From: Raillietiella orientalis
Lineage: Eukaryota
Reading direction: 5' to 3'
Length of the DNA stretch: 64,000 bases
Assembly (NCBI GenBank): GCA_036172245.1
Contig: JAYWIR010000031.1
Location: forward strand, 2,232,001-2,296,000
Below the pieces are notes generated by a model, which did no database searches, had not been told where the DNA came from, and saw only the letters and a program-made list of their open reading frames with translations. Made by a program: the position numbers and the translations under genes. Shown here one piece after another: positions 10,860 to 22,036 of this stretch. Positions within the stretch are counted from its first letter, which is position 1. Each line of letters starts with the position of its first letter.

Positions 10860-13610
10860 TCCACGCACCCCGTAGGTGATTTGGAGGATGGAGAAGTTTT
10901 CGTAAAGAGGTTGGGGGGGATCTCGATGGAAAGAGGACGACGGGAAGGAGAGAATTTTCTTTCCGGAAGAACCACAGTCATCCTTTTCTTCTCTCCCCTC
11001 CCCTTCCCCACAATGCATGGGGGGAAGCGGTTTTAATGGTACTTCCATCCGTACATCCTGGGAAGTAAGGAACAGCAAGAAAAGGAAGGGATCTAATTTT
11101 TTTGAAGCCGGTAAAATTGGGAAGATGTTCAAGCCGGGAGGAAGACATCGGACCCGATACCGGTCCTGAGGCTCATCATCTTTTTTATGAGTCAAAGTCT
11201 TATTTTCTGAAATAAAGATGATCAAAAAAAAAAAAAGGATAATAGGCGGATGCAAGGGTAAAGCGATTTTCTCGCTTACATCTGCCGGTTATCTCCCTTC
11301 AAAAGCAAAAGGACCATCATCTACGAGAGGTCAGGAAAGGAGAAAAAAATAAAATAAAAGGCCGATATCAGCCGCCGTCCCATGAATCAGACCGCAGATA
11401 TCAGCTGTGAGAAGCATAATGAAATGACGTCAGCCTATGCTGATAACGCTGAAAGAGAAGGTTGGGCAGACTTCTGATGTGCGTTCGCGGAAGAGCAGGT
11501 TGCTGCACTTTTCTTCTTCCTGGTCGGAGCTGTGCTTGTCGGGAGGGTGTAGAAGGAAGAGAACGGGACCAGACCGACCTGTTTCATCCTCTGGCGATTA
11601 TAAGATCACCATGATTCATCATGAGACCACCTAGAGTTTACTTGCTCCTGCTTGGTCGTATCCGTAAGGGGGGAGGGGGGAACAGAAGAGTCCAGTCTCT
11701 CGAAGTCACTCTCAGGGGACCGGAAGTCAAAAGTGCTAATTGCGTGACTGGCCTGGGATTCTGTCTTGGCCCTGCTCCGGAGAACATTTTTCTTCTTCTT
11801 TTGAATCACGATGAAGAGCCTCGTGTCATTAAGAGGTGGCTTTTCCAAAGTTTTCCACCGAAGAATCGTCTGAGACGCGGAGCAAAGCAAGAGGTCGATT
11901 TCCATGATCAGCCCCTCACTTGAGCTCATTCGCTTTGGACCTTCTTATCGGGGGTCCTCGCATGGTGTCTTAAAGGTACTGTCGGCAGTCGCCTTGGAAA
12001 CGATTTCCCCGATCGTCAGGGATTGGTTTCGCTGCCGACGCCGTCCCAGAACTTCGTTCGGGGCAAACGACAGGAAGCGACTTCATGCTGTGGCGGGAGC
12101 ATCTCCAGAAGCTGCCGGGTGGACGCGGAGCGCTTTCAGGGTAAAGAGTTTGTCCCGTAGCATCAAGAGCACGGCTGGCCGGGAAGATGAGGATCCCACC
12201 GCAAAGGAACAAAGTCAGGGGGAACTCCCGTAAGTTCAACGCTGGAAGCTCAGTGGACCGACCTGGCATAAGAAAAAAAGGAAGGTCCACAAGGCTCAGC
12301 GTCGCCTACGCAAATTTCAAGACTTGAGCATGGATGAAGCAAAGATTCTGCGGCTAAGGGTTTTCTTCTTTTTGGGGAGGAGGGTTCGACCGTCGCGCGC
12401 CTGGTGGGCGGCTCACGCAGCCCTTTGATGCCGTTCCCCGCCACCCGAGGGTGCGTGTAATTCTTCAAGATAAGGGAGGCGCCCCGGGAGGGAACCACCT
12501 TATGCATTCGGAAAGGGAAAGTCCGTCCTTCTCACGCCTGAGTGGGGAGCCCCGAAGGGAACCTCTCTCCACCCTGGTTGTCTCCGAAGGGAGACCCAGA
12601 AGACAAATCTCATTCCTTATTTTCTCCGGAGGGACCCCCAGAATGGGAGGTCCGCTCCATTTTTCTTCTCTGAAGGGAACCCGGAAAGGATCCTCCAGTA
12701 GGAATTTCTTACCCGGAGGGAACCCTGTAAGGGAACCTCCCCTTGTTTCTTCCTTTTCTGAAAGGAACACCGAAGATTACTCTAGCATCGATGCTTCTCC
12801 GGGTGGGATTTGAACCCGCGACGCTTGATGCCACGCTCGGAGGTCGCAGCCACACGACCTCCGAAGAGGGCTAAAATGGACAGGCACGGGATTCTCTTAA
12901 ATCCTCACCACCTGTAGAACAGGGAAGACTCCCTAAAGCCTGCTAGATGAACAGCAACAACCTGGCTAACAGCAGAAAAGGAGTTGCCCTTCGGGAACTG
13001 CAAACCCAGGGTGGCGGCGGCAGCCCAACAAAGAACATCCGAAGGATTGAGGAGCAGGTTGAACCTCTTGGATCTCCCAAGAGTTTAGTGGAAGCTACGC
13101 CCATTTTCTAACAAGCCTCCTGAGCAACTCATAAAGTCCAACACTTGTTGACACTGACTACGCCCTGGGTCACATCCAGAAACGATCTCCCACATCATGC
13201 CTTGCAGGGAAGAGTAGACCACCGACGAAAGAAAAATACGCGGGTGCAAAGACCTGATGCAAATCAACTTCCTTTGTTCAAATGCCAGGGACCGAGACGA
13301 ATGGCGCACAGCTTGTTCCTTCCAGACCTGACCCTCCAAAGACCCATTCAGTCGGTTTTTCCGCCGAGAGAATCTGCCTCCATGGTCTGTTTCATTCGTG
13401 CCATCGTAGTGACTAGGTACTCCCTGGAACCTCACAATCTGTGCAAGGACGTTCTCCCGATGTTCAAGGAAATGCTCCGAGCAGCCCGAAAATGGACCTA
13501 TCCGGAGATGAGGAATTGTGAAGAGCTGAGGAGAGTCATCAACAGATTGGCTGGCATCTGAAACCCGATAACTTCCATCTTTCTTTCCCTTTTTCATTCC
13601 CCCTCCCACA
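10860..13610 (+). mobile_element. Degraded Tx1/L1-like LINE ORF2, interrupted by SINE copy B
   Basis: Motifs: KMFKPGG (~11120), DQTDLF (~11570), RRGAKQ (~11875), FAADAV (~12030; YADD) and, after the SINE, HPETISHIMPC (zf-RVT-like CCHC, ~13170). 11470-11700 is homologous to the reverse complement of 9660-9855. Confidence 0.65.
12345..12871 (-). mobile_element. tRNA-derived SINE, copy B
   Basis: The minus-strand head reads GCCCTCTTCGGAGGTCGTGTGG...GGGTTCAAATCCCACC. The body GGTGCGTGTAATTCTTCAAGATA is identical to copy A. Confidence 0.75.
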
Positions 13611-13629
13611 TTAGGGACCACTGATTTGC

Positions 13630-14294
13630 AGCAATGAACTCTGTTCGCCTCCTACCCACTAGGATCAAGAATTCTGTGTATTTGTTCTTGCAGGTAAATA
13701 TCCCGGCCCCACCAGGTAAAAACGACGACCTGCGTGGCAACTGGGTCAGTCTTCTCACCTTAAAGTGCTGTTCTGCAATGCTCTCCTCGATGGAGGCGAG
13801 CAAAGGTATGGAACTCTGGTTCCCTTCGGAGTGAGCGGCTCTGGCTTGGGGTGGCGAAGATGGGATGTGCCGAGTCGCACGATAGTCCTGCTCCAGAGTC
13901 CAAATCCGTCTCCAGCTTGAAGTGGAGAGAAGTCGCCGGGGTGCTTTTAAATGCTCACGCCCACCAAGAAATGCAGCTTTTCGTGCTCCGCCCTGCATCA
14001 TCAGCGTTTGGAGTCGAGTGCGGTGTTCAGGTCGAAAAGGTCGTCAGTGGAAGCTGTGGAAAGATCACTGTCCTAAATGATGTAAAAGTCCCAAATTTTC
14101 CCCAGCAACAAAAGCTCCCTGGATACATCGGAAAATATATACACATACACACATATATACACTTGATCAAAGTGTAGTATATATATACATATATAAAATC
14201 CCTAACTTTCTTCCCTCATTATATTAATTTATTTACGCGCGCGCGCACACACACACACACACACACATATACATATACATATACATATACATAC

Positions 14295-14329
<35 letters not shown>

Positions 14330-14960
14330 AAATGAAGGAAGCCCTGTGCGGGAGGCAAGTCAGAGAACCATCATGATCCAGAGATGCAACCATCATGATG
14401 TAACCCCTGCAGACTGGATCATGATGGATCAGTATGTCATGGTACTGTGGAGTATGACAAGATGTTTTGCACTCATTTTTCATGTAGGAAATACTCTGGC
14501 TGGTGCGGCCTCAGGTGCTCCCTCAAGGGTTTACCTTTCCTGGAAGTCACGCTGGGTTCCCAGCGGGAATCCCCTCCTTTTCATCCGGCGCGGCGCGCTC
14601 AGAGCGTTTCCCGAGCTCCAAGGAAATGCGAAAGTTGGCGGCCAGCACCTGCGGCGCTGGCTGTGAAACCTCAGGGGTCTCACTGAGTCAGGGTCGGATT
14701 CCTGGGCTAGGAGGGAACCAAAAGAAATTAGCGAGCGGGGAAGATGACCCTAAGGAGGATGTTGTGGGGGTTAACTCTTTGGGTGCGGAGCTCATCAGAT
14801 TCAAACATTCCGTGTTGAGGGCATGCGAGCCGCAGTTGCGACCTCTGTGGACGGACTGCTTCTTCGCGTACCGCGTACTCCATGGAGGTACCGACTGACT
14901 GTATACAGTGCTGATTGAAGTTATTGTAATTGCTTATTTACACCACATTAAATAAAACAT
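13630..14960 (+). mobile_element. piggyBac-family transposase remnant (C-terminal half)
   Basis: Motifs in order: GNWVS (DNWFTS-like), LKWREVAGV (LKWxDxxxV), IMIQRCN..MMDQYV (YN..GVDxxDQ), ACEPQLRPLWTDCFFAY (Cys-rich C-terminus). AATAAA follows. Confidence 0.6.
14135..14328. repeat. Compound microsatellite (TA/CA/CATA/CG)n
   Basis: Dinucleotide and tetranucleotide runs are directly visible. Confidence 0.95.
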
Positions 14961-15479
14961 TTTCACTTTTCCCAAACATATAGCATTCGTTGAAAAATTA
15001 TAATTATAATTCGAATAAATCAATGATTCACCTACATTTTCAAGATACCACAAAGATGAAAAACAGTACAATGAATTCTATACGACACCGAGGAAAAACG
15101 AAAATAGTCAGCCGATGCAAATAGAATTTTCTTCACTGTCGTTGCTAAGGCAACTCAAACATGGATAATGCTAACTTATGTCGCGTGTACAAACTAAAAA
15201 AATTTGCCAAATGCATATATGCGTCCATACCACTCAAAGCGTTAATCTCTTATTCTTTCGTTCACAGTGTCAGCCGCGTGCAGGGAAAGGGAAGCTCGAA
15301 AGTCATTGCCAGGGTCATCCCCGCGAGCATATGCGCGCGACGCTGGTCCGTGCCAGGAGCGTTTATCGACCGTTTTCGGACATATCCATCCCAAGTAGGA
15401 CCCGTGCCACGGTTTGGTGGCCACAAAAGTCACTGAGAATGAGAACTAGGAAGCGAGTCCAGGAAAGAATTGGTCAGTA

Positions 15480-17030
15480 AGCAAATAAACAAAACAGGGA
15501 TGATGAACCAGGCTAGTCTCGCGGTGATGGACAAGAGGGCTTGCGTTGCGCTGAGACGAGGAGGGGTGAGAATGGGCGTTGCCAACAGTTTTGAGCCAGC
15601 CTGGCCACAGCACGCCCAAGACCTCCTTTTATTTCACATCCCAGCTTGGTTCATTCCTCCGAACTCCGGCAGCGAGGATTGCAAAGAGCTCCCTTGGACG
15701 GCGGCCACACCCTTGCATTTCAGCCGTGACCCCTACTCACACGTGGCAGCAGACCGCCCTAGGGGGAAGAGACAAATGATAATCTCCTACAAGTTGTGGA
15801 ACTTTCTTCCAATCAGGAATCGGGGCATCACCGGGAAGTTGCGCTGTCCCTGTGATGAGCGTCCATCCCTGATGCTTCCTGGAGCATCTCAAAAGCACTC
15901 GAGGAAGGATTTCCGCTACTCCTCGGTGGGTGCCATTCCATGGGTATCTTCCCCGCAGAGGTGACGTTCATCTTTTCGAAGGAGGTCACAGTGCACCATC
16001 AGCATAGCGGTCTGTAGAGCAAGGACGGAAGCGTCGATCAGGACCTTGATCGAGGCCTTGGGGTTTTTCTCGAGAAGTTTCAAGATACTCGATCCACCTT
16101 TGTGGACATCGAGCGAGGTTTTCGGATGTGGCTGCATCGCTGCTCCACCAGTTTCATCGCTTCCCACGGGACGATCGACTTCGTATCCCCCACAGCATGG
16201 CAATACTTCCCACCCTACAAAAAATCCCCTTCTTCCTCTTCCTACCAAGGTACGATGGGTCGAGGGGGCTCGTGGAGTCCGTCTTCCGCTATGCGGTCCC
16301 AGGAAGAACGTCCGACTTGGCCAGCATCTTTTTTTTTTTTCCTGCCCAAGCGACAGTGCTGTATTGGTCAGGCAGGTCGTCGGCTCATGATCGTGTCACT
16401 GGTTCATCATTGTATCAGGTCATCTCCCTGTTTTCGTCACATCACTGTGTCGCTGCCTGACCATCATAGAGTCGGCTGATCTCCACGTCGTCTCCTCATC
16501 TCATCGGGTCTTCAGCTCATCTCCCTCTCGTTGGCCATTTATCGTGTGGCCGGTTCATCACCGTGTCCATGGATGATCGTCGTGTCGTTGGCGCATGTTC
16601 GAGTCTTCGGCTCATCTTGGTGCCTTCGGCTGATCATCATGGCATCGACTGATCTCCGTGTCGATGTCTGATTGTCGTGCCGTCCTCTCATTTCCGTGTC
16701 TTTGGCTCAGTTCCAAGTCGTTGCCTGCGCCACTTCCCCGTCGCTCGAAAGGACATCACAGGTTTGTGGGAGCTGGGCTGGCAGACCGTGCGTACGTTCC
16801 TGCGCTACTGCTTTCGTAAGGAGTTCTCAAGGCGACTAAGGGTGCCAATTTTGGAGATGGATGATTATTTCCAGACAGATCTACGGGTCCAGTGCTTCCT
16901 GTCACGTTTTTCCTAGGCAGAGTGGACTGCAAGTGGGCTCGAGGTTCTTCAGAGGATAGGTGAAAAGAATAACGGAAACCTCGTCCGCTCCTGGCTCTGT
17001 GCGAGTATCGGAAAGAGGCGGTCACAAGGA
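15480..17030 (-). mobile_element. 5' part of a Tx1/L1-like LINE: ORF1 zinc-knuckle region, spacer, AP-endonuclease start
   Basis: ORF1-like VTGSTGPVDL..P..PYE..CP at 16750-17025. Endonuclease-like SLDVHKG, VLALQTA (LQET) and WNGTHRGVAEIL (GVA motif) at ~15900-16120. Confidence 0.5.
16381..16725. repeat. Degenerate 19-bp minisatellite, about 17-18 units, consensus roughly GGCTSATCWTCGTGTCNTY
   Basis: Consecutive 19-mers, e.g. GGATGATCGTCGTGTCGTT, GGCGCATGTTCGAGTCTTC, GGCTCATCTTGGTGCCTTC, GGCTGATCATCATGGCATC, GACTGATCTCCGTGTCGAT. Confidence 0.85.
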
Positions 17031-17039
17031 GTCTTATCT

Positions 17040-18900
17040 TCAGCAGGGTGCGTAAGGAGAGAGGCCGGTGGCGAGGCTATGGAACGCATTCCATAGCCTC
17101 GCCACGGGGCAACTGCATCTCCTCAGAGGAGAATAAGTCCAGGACTGCATCTTGGCAAGGCTTCCTTTATCCGCACTTGGGGGTATGGCGAAATCCCACA
17201 AGGCTTGTCATACCAGCGCGACTTGCCTGCGCACCCAGGTGCATGGAAAGCGACCAATAGGAGAGAGGAAAAGGAGATGGGAATGAGGAAGGCATCTCAA
17301 GTCGCTGCCCCAGCCTTCTCTCAGGCGGGTTTCCGCAGTTGCGGGAACCTGCTATCGACAAGTCAGTACACGTTGCATCTTCTCGAAGCAGGCAGACCAG
17401 ATCTCTTTCGTTGGAGAAAGAATCCATGGTGCTTCTAAGTAAGAAAGAGCTGTCGAAAGAAAGCACTTTCAAGAAGAGATCACTCAGTATCCAGTGATGT
17501 ACGATCTGCCACTGTCTTCGAATTTCGACTACTTATCCAGACACCAGTCTCCCTTGTGCACCTTAACGGAACGCTTAGATGGCAATTGCCAGGTCCATGC
17601 GGACAACAGGAGAGAATGAACTGGGTCGGCTCAGACCATCACGGCCAGACGTTCCATTCGGGATGAACGGAAGACAGGATAGAGCTGTTGCACGTTCAAG
17701 ACCAGTTCGAAGAATGTGCTGGAACAGCATCGGACCCAGTCTGTCTGTCTCCCTATATGGCGCCCTGCTTGACTTTCATGCCTTGGGTGAATAGATTTCC
17801 GGAACGTAAGTAGGCAGCAAGGCTTTTTGGTGGCCCGAGACCTTCCAACACCATGAAAAAGAGCTCCTGGTCGACACAGTTAAAAGTCTTTTGCAGGTCA
17901 ACTGCAACAGACCGTTGCTCTGTTCCCTGGGGCTGCCTGTCGCGCAAACCCTTCCCTCAGTCCCTGCTCCCTCTTGTGCAACGAAACTCTTCTTCCCTTT
18001 CCTAAGTCTGGAGCAGCGTGAACGCAGGTTGGCGTCCGTGCTACGGTCCGGTGCAGCGTAGGTATATTTCCAGTCTTGCGCCCTAGCTATGAGCCCCATG
18101 GTCCCGAAAGGAAGTTGGTGCCCGCGTTCGCGCGCGTGATGGCCTCTGGCAGTGTGGGTCTCCTTTCTCCATCGGGACGCGAATTCTGGCTGACCTGAAG
18201 AATGCACTTGCAACCAATGGTGTGGTTCTTCCTCGAAGAGTCTATAGAGCTCTCCAGATGATTCATTCCGCCTATTCCTCACCGAGCGCGATCCTGTTCT
18301 TTGAGTCTTCCGATAGAGGAGGCAATCTCGTGGATCGCTAGGGACCCTCAGTAAGCCCGGCTGGAGGTCCCACTCCGACGGTTTGGGTCGTGGCAGCCTC
18401 GAAGTCCAGAGTTCAGAGCAGTCCACTTCAAGGGTGGCCCTTGCGCATGGTTGGATCGCCGCGACGACGGTGCACTTGTCCCGGCATCAAGTTGTGCCCC
18501 AGAGCGCGCACCGCAAGGCAACATTTCAGGCAATTCGACAAACACTTCCTCCTTAAGGAGAGGGTGCATCCGGGTGGAAAGGGACGCACGTGCCGAGAAA
18601 GGGTGCTTGCAAAACGCTCGCGGACGAGGCAGCGAGCGAAAATTTCCCGTAGGCGCTGCGCCCCGAATCCTGCTTTTGGTTGATTAGGGTCTTTGAGGAG
18701 AGCTCGGTGAAGCAGTGAGCAAGACGTGGTTTCTAAAGTGGTTCCAGCAGTAAGCCGGTTTTGTTTGATGCAATTTCCGGCCATGGTTCTCTCTCTCCAT
18801 CAGATCCCTTTCGCGTTTAGCTGAAGAAATCCGTGGGCGGTAACGGGTCTTTAAACGACTCTTTGGCCGGCTTGCTGACGGATGCTGGTGACAAAGCAAA
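17040..18900 (-). mobile_element. Non-LTR retroelement remnant: C2H2 zinc fingers and R2-type RT, followed by a CR1/L2-like C-terminus
   Basis: CLVRERFASTLSRHVR..CLKCC (zinc fingers), KKSFVAQEG, VAVDLQKTFNCVDQELFFMVLEGLGPPKSLAAYL, KVKQG..GDRLGPMLF, V*ADPV. Then LSYLEAPW..CFEKMQRVLT..RLWNA. Confidence 0.7.
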
Positions 18901-19099
18901 GGTAGAGTGAAAGTATCGCCCACCAGGGTGGCATGCGGAAAGAGAGTTCCGCCTGCCACTCCAGCGAGCATAGGGACCGTGGAGAGGCGAATGCAAAACG
19001 GGGAAGGACGGACCGCCGACACAGAGGCGGCTTCGACGACTGCGAAAGCGAGTAAGGCACCGGGGTCGTCAGCGTTACACGCAACCGTGGCCGCTCCTT

Positions 19100-20640
19100 G
19101 CCACCCGAAGCGTCCGTGGCGACCACGGAAGAAGGCAAACTCCTGGAATTGAAATACCTGATGAAGACGGTTCCGCCATTGTGACCATCGTAACCTTCTC
19201 CATGGGTACCCCCAACAACAATGCAGTGAGCGACATCTGTCTAGCGATTCACCGCAGAAGAATGTTCTTTGACCGGATCAAAAAGATGGTCCCGTTCGTC
19301 GGGAGAGGGGGGGGGTCCCGTCGACACCGACAGCGCAGGGCTGCCTGCCCTAAGGGCAAGTGACGACAGTTGCCTACCGGAGAGGTGGGAGTTGTCCTCT
19401 ACCATTGTAAGAAAAACAAAACCCCTGGGAGGCTGGAAGGCTAGTGGGCTGGTGGAGTCATAGGGAGAAGCAACTGCTTCGAACCCTTGAGTGTCGTGTT
19501 TTTGACAACGGAACCACTGGTCGATCTGACGGTCCGCGTCTAAGTGGACACTCCCCATCGCGAGTGTCGTGAGAGTCCATCGAGCACAGACGCGAGCCTG
19601 CGCGTGGAGGCCGCATTTCAGCGCCAGTCCTTCCTCCTGGGAAGGTCTCGCTCTCATGGGTCATCTGCAAAGAAACTCTGCATATCTCCTGTCGAGCATG
19701 AGGTCGAACGTCCTGATAGGTTCCATCGTCGCACGCCTCTTCGAGTCTCTCACTGGACGCGGGCGTTTCATGCGGCCACGCGGAGCACACGCAAGGAGGC
19801 TAATCCTCCATTGATTCCTGGTGGAAGAGCGATTTTCCTCCTTTCCTACTCGGCGGGAACTCTGAGCGGTTGAGGATGAGAGTATTCATGCCATTTTCCT
19901 TCCCTACCGCCTTACCATTGCCTTCCCCGTTCCTACCTCAGAAGAGTCCAGAAGACTCTTCCCTCAACGGCGCATCGGAAGAGCTCATGTCCACCGACGC
20001 TGCTCCCAATCTCGTCGTTTTCCAGTAGTGACTGGGTGGAGAGCAGGGGTTCTCGGAAAGCATGTCTAACTGACATGGGCGCGGGATCAGTCCGTCCCAT
20101 ACCTCTTCATTTCATGACGATTCCCTTTCTCCTTTCCTTTCTCCCTTCCAATCCCCGGTGTGGTCCGGATCATCTCATTCCATGATGGCAGACCCAGAAC
20201 GAGACCCCCCGACATCGAATTCGAGGAAGAGGTTTCCAACCTCCACGGCGATCCTCATCCTGCATGCCTCTAAACGGGATGTCCCCTTCGATCCCGCCGC
20301 GTGGAGAGTGCACTGCAAGGACGTGGGACAAGCGGGGACGAAATCGATGACCGGCCTCGCTCCGAACGACTACCGGCTGCAGAAACGTAAAGGTGGATCC
20401 ACGATCTAAAAGAGAAGGCTGGGACAGAGGTGCAATCATCACCCCGTCAATATGCCCGAACGTTGGGAAATTTCTGTTAAGCAGGTGACTCGAAGCAACA
20501 GCTAAGAGATCCGGTTGGGGTTCGGGCGGCTGAAAGTGCTGGAACGGAGTCAGAGAGAATGAGAATCCTGCTTGTATCTCCTTTCATCTCATCGCCGGAG
20601 GTGGAGTTATCGAAACCAACTACGTGACCCACTCCGTCCT
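19100..20640 (-). mobile_element. R2-group retroelement 3' half (RT motifs through CCHC and restriction-like endonuclease)
   Basis: Motifs: RRYKQD (GVKQG position), GHIDGVMI (YADD position), RCRGVSF (YLG), NGGLASL, RWTLTT, FRCQKHDT, PDERDHLF..TDVAH (PD..D RLE motif). Confidence 0.55.
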
Positions 20641-20679
20641 TCTCACCGCTCTTTTTTTTTAAACCTTTTCCTTGAACTA

Positions 20680-22036
20680 TAAGCCCGCTATTGGCTGTTC
20701 GCTGTGGTCCTCTATCCGCAAGCCGACGGCGCGCAGGCTTTTGGTCACTGGTTCTGGTGGTGCGTTGAAGATCTCGCGCTCATCTGACTTTCGAAACGAG
20801 ATGACCGTCCTTCCACTTCTGGAGCGAACGGAGCAATTCCGAAGACTCACCCTTGCGTCCCAGCTGTGAACCACACCTTGGTACGCTCCGGCACGAATCT
20901 TCGCCAAGAGAGCAGCCGTCTGCGAGGAGCAGACTTCGGCGGTCGTGGCCACCGAGCGAAGTTTAAGCCATCTTGGCTCTCAGCTTCGGCAAATGGTTGC
21001 CTTGGTGCAAAGGAATCCTTGGATCTCCGTCCTCCCCACGAACTCGACTGCCTGGCTGCAGGAGTCATCTTCCCCATGCGGTAAAGTCAACGGCACGGGA
21101 GGGGCAGAATCCATCTGCCTACGGAACAGCAGATATGCTTGTCAGTCGTTGCGGGAGATCCTGGGTAGCACCAGGAATCTTCTATGGGTTTCCTTCATCC
21201 TCCCTTGCCCCGGTGCCGCCCTTCCCTACGGTAGACAAGGGACAGCGACCTTCCGACAAGGTGCATTATGGACAGCAAGAGGACACATCTGGATGCGTGG
21301 ACAACTCGGCGGCGGCCACTCGGAGTGTCCCACCCAAAGGACTGCTACGCCGGGGAGAGCTGCTAAGAATTCCTCCGGAGGAGTGAAGTGGCCCCCAGCG
21401 TGTTGAAACGGTGCAGCCCTCCCCCTAAAATGGAAGGAGTCGGAGATCCTGCTATTGCATTGGGGACTCCCGTGCGACGCCCGGTGACACCGCTGGACCC
21501 GGAGGAGTGCGAGCCCCAACTGCAACAGGTGCCGAGAAAAAGTTCCTCCCGTACCTGTTAATGGATTGGGTTGCTCTCTGCTCCCTGTGGGAATGCTTTT
21601 CCGTGTCCCTACGCATCCCCAAGAGCAGCCCGAGACGTTTTGAAGTGCTTCTTTCTGCGCAATGCCCTCACGTCAGCCGCATCCCTAGCAGCACTGTAGC
21701 ACTGTACTGCCTACGCAGTTCCAGAGGAGGCCAGAACAACTTTCGCTGATCTCTTCTTGAGGACAGCGTTTCAAGATGGCCCCATCTGGGAATTATGAAG
21801 CAGGAACTTTCCGGCATCATGGCAAGGATGTGGAGGACACCCTCCAGTAGGACGTGATCCCTTCCCGAACCCTCCAGATTTTTTGGTATATTTTCATACT
21901 TTTATTTTATTTGCATTTTTGTTTGCCCCCCTCCCCTCTGCTGCTAAGACGAACTTCGCCGGTCTGTGTGCCGGTTTTCGGCAAAATAAACTTACAAGTC
22001 GCCGACTTGTGTAAGTTTATTTTTATACAAATAAAC
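20680..22036 (+). mobile_element. Tx1-like LINE 3' part with 3' UTR
   Basis: Motifs: TTPWYAPARIF, NGTGG, LHWGLPCDAR..PNCNRC, LPYLLMDWVALCSLW. Ends in AAATAAAC and is homologous to 7600-8880 (-). Confidence 0.7.

Noticed and set aside
16381..16725. CRISPR array
   Set aside because: Contiguous degenerate units with no unique spacers and no cas genes, in a eukaryotic context.
19150..19200. Hammerhead ribozyme (CTGATGA core; also at ~33202)
   Set aside because: I could not find the required stems with GAAA and a cleavage triplet.
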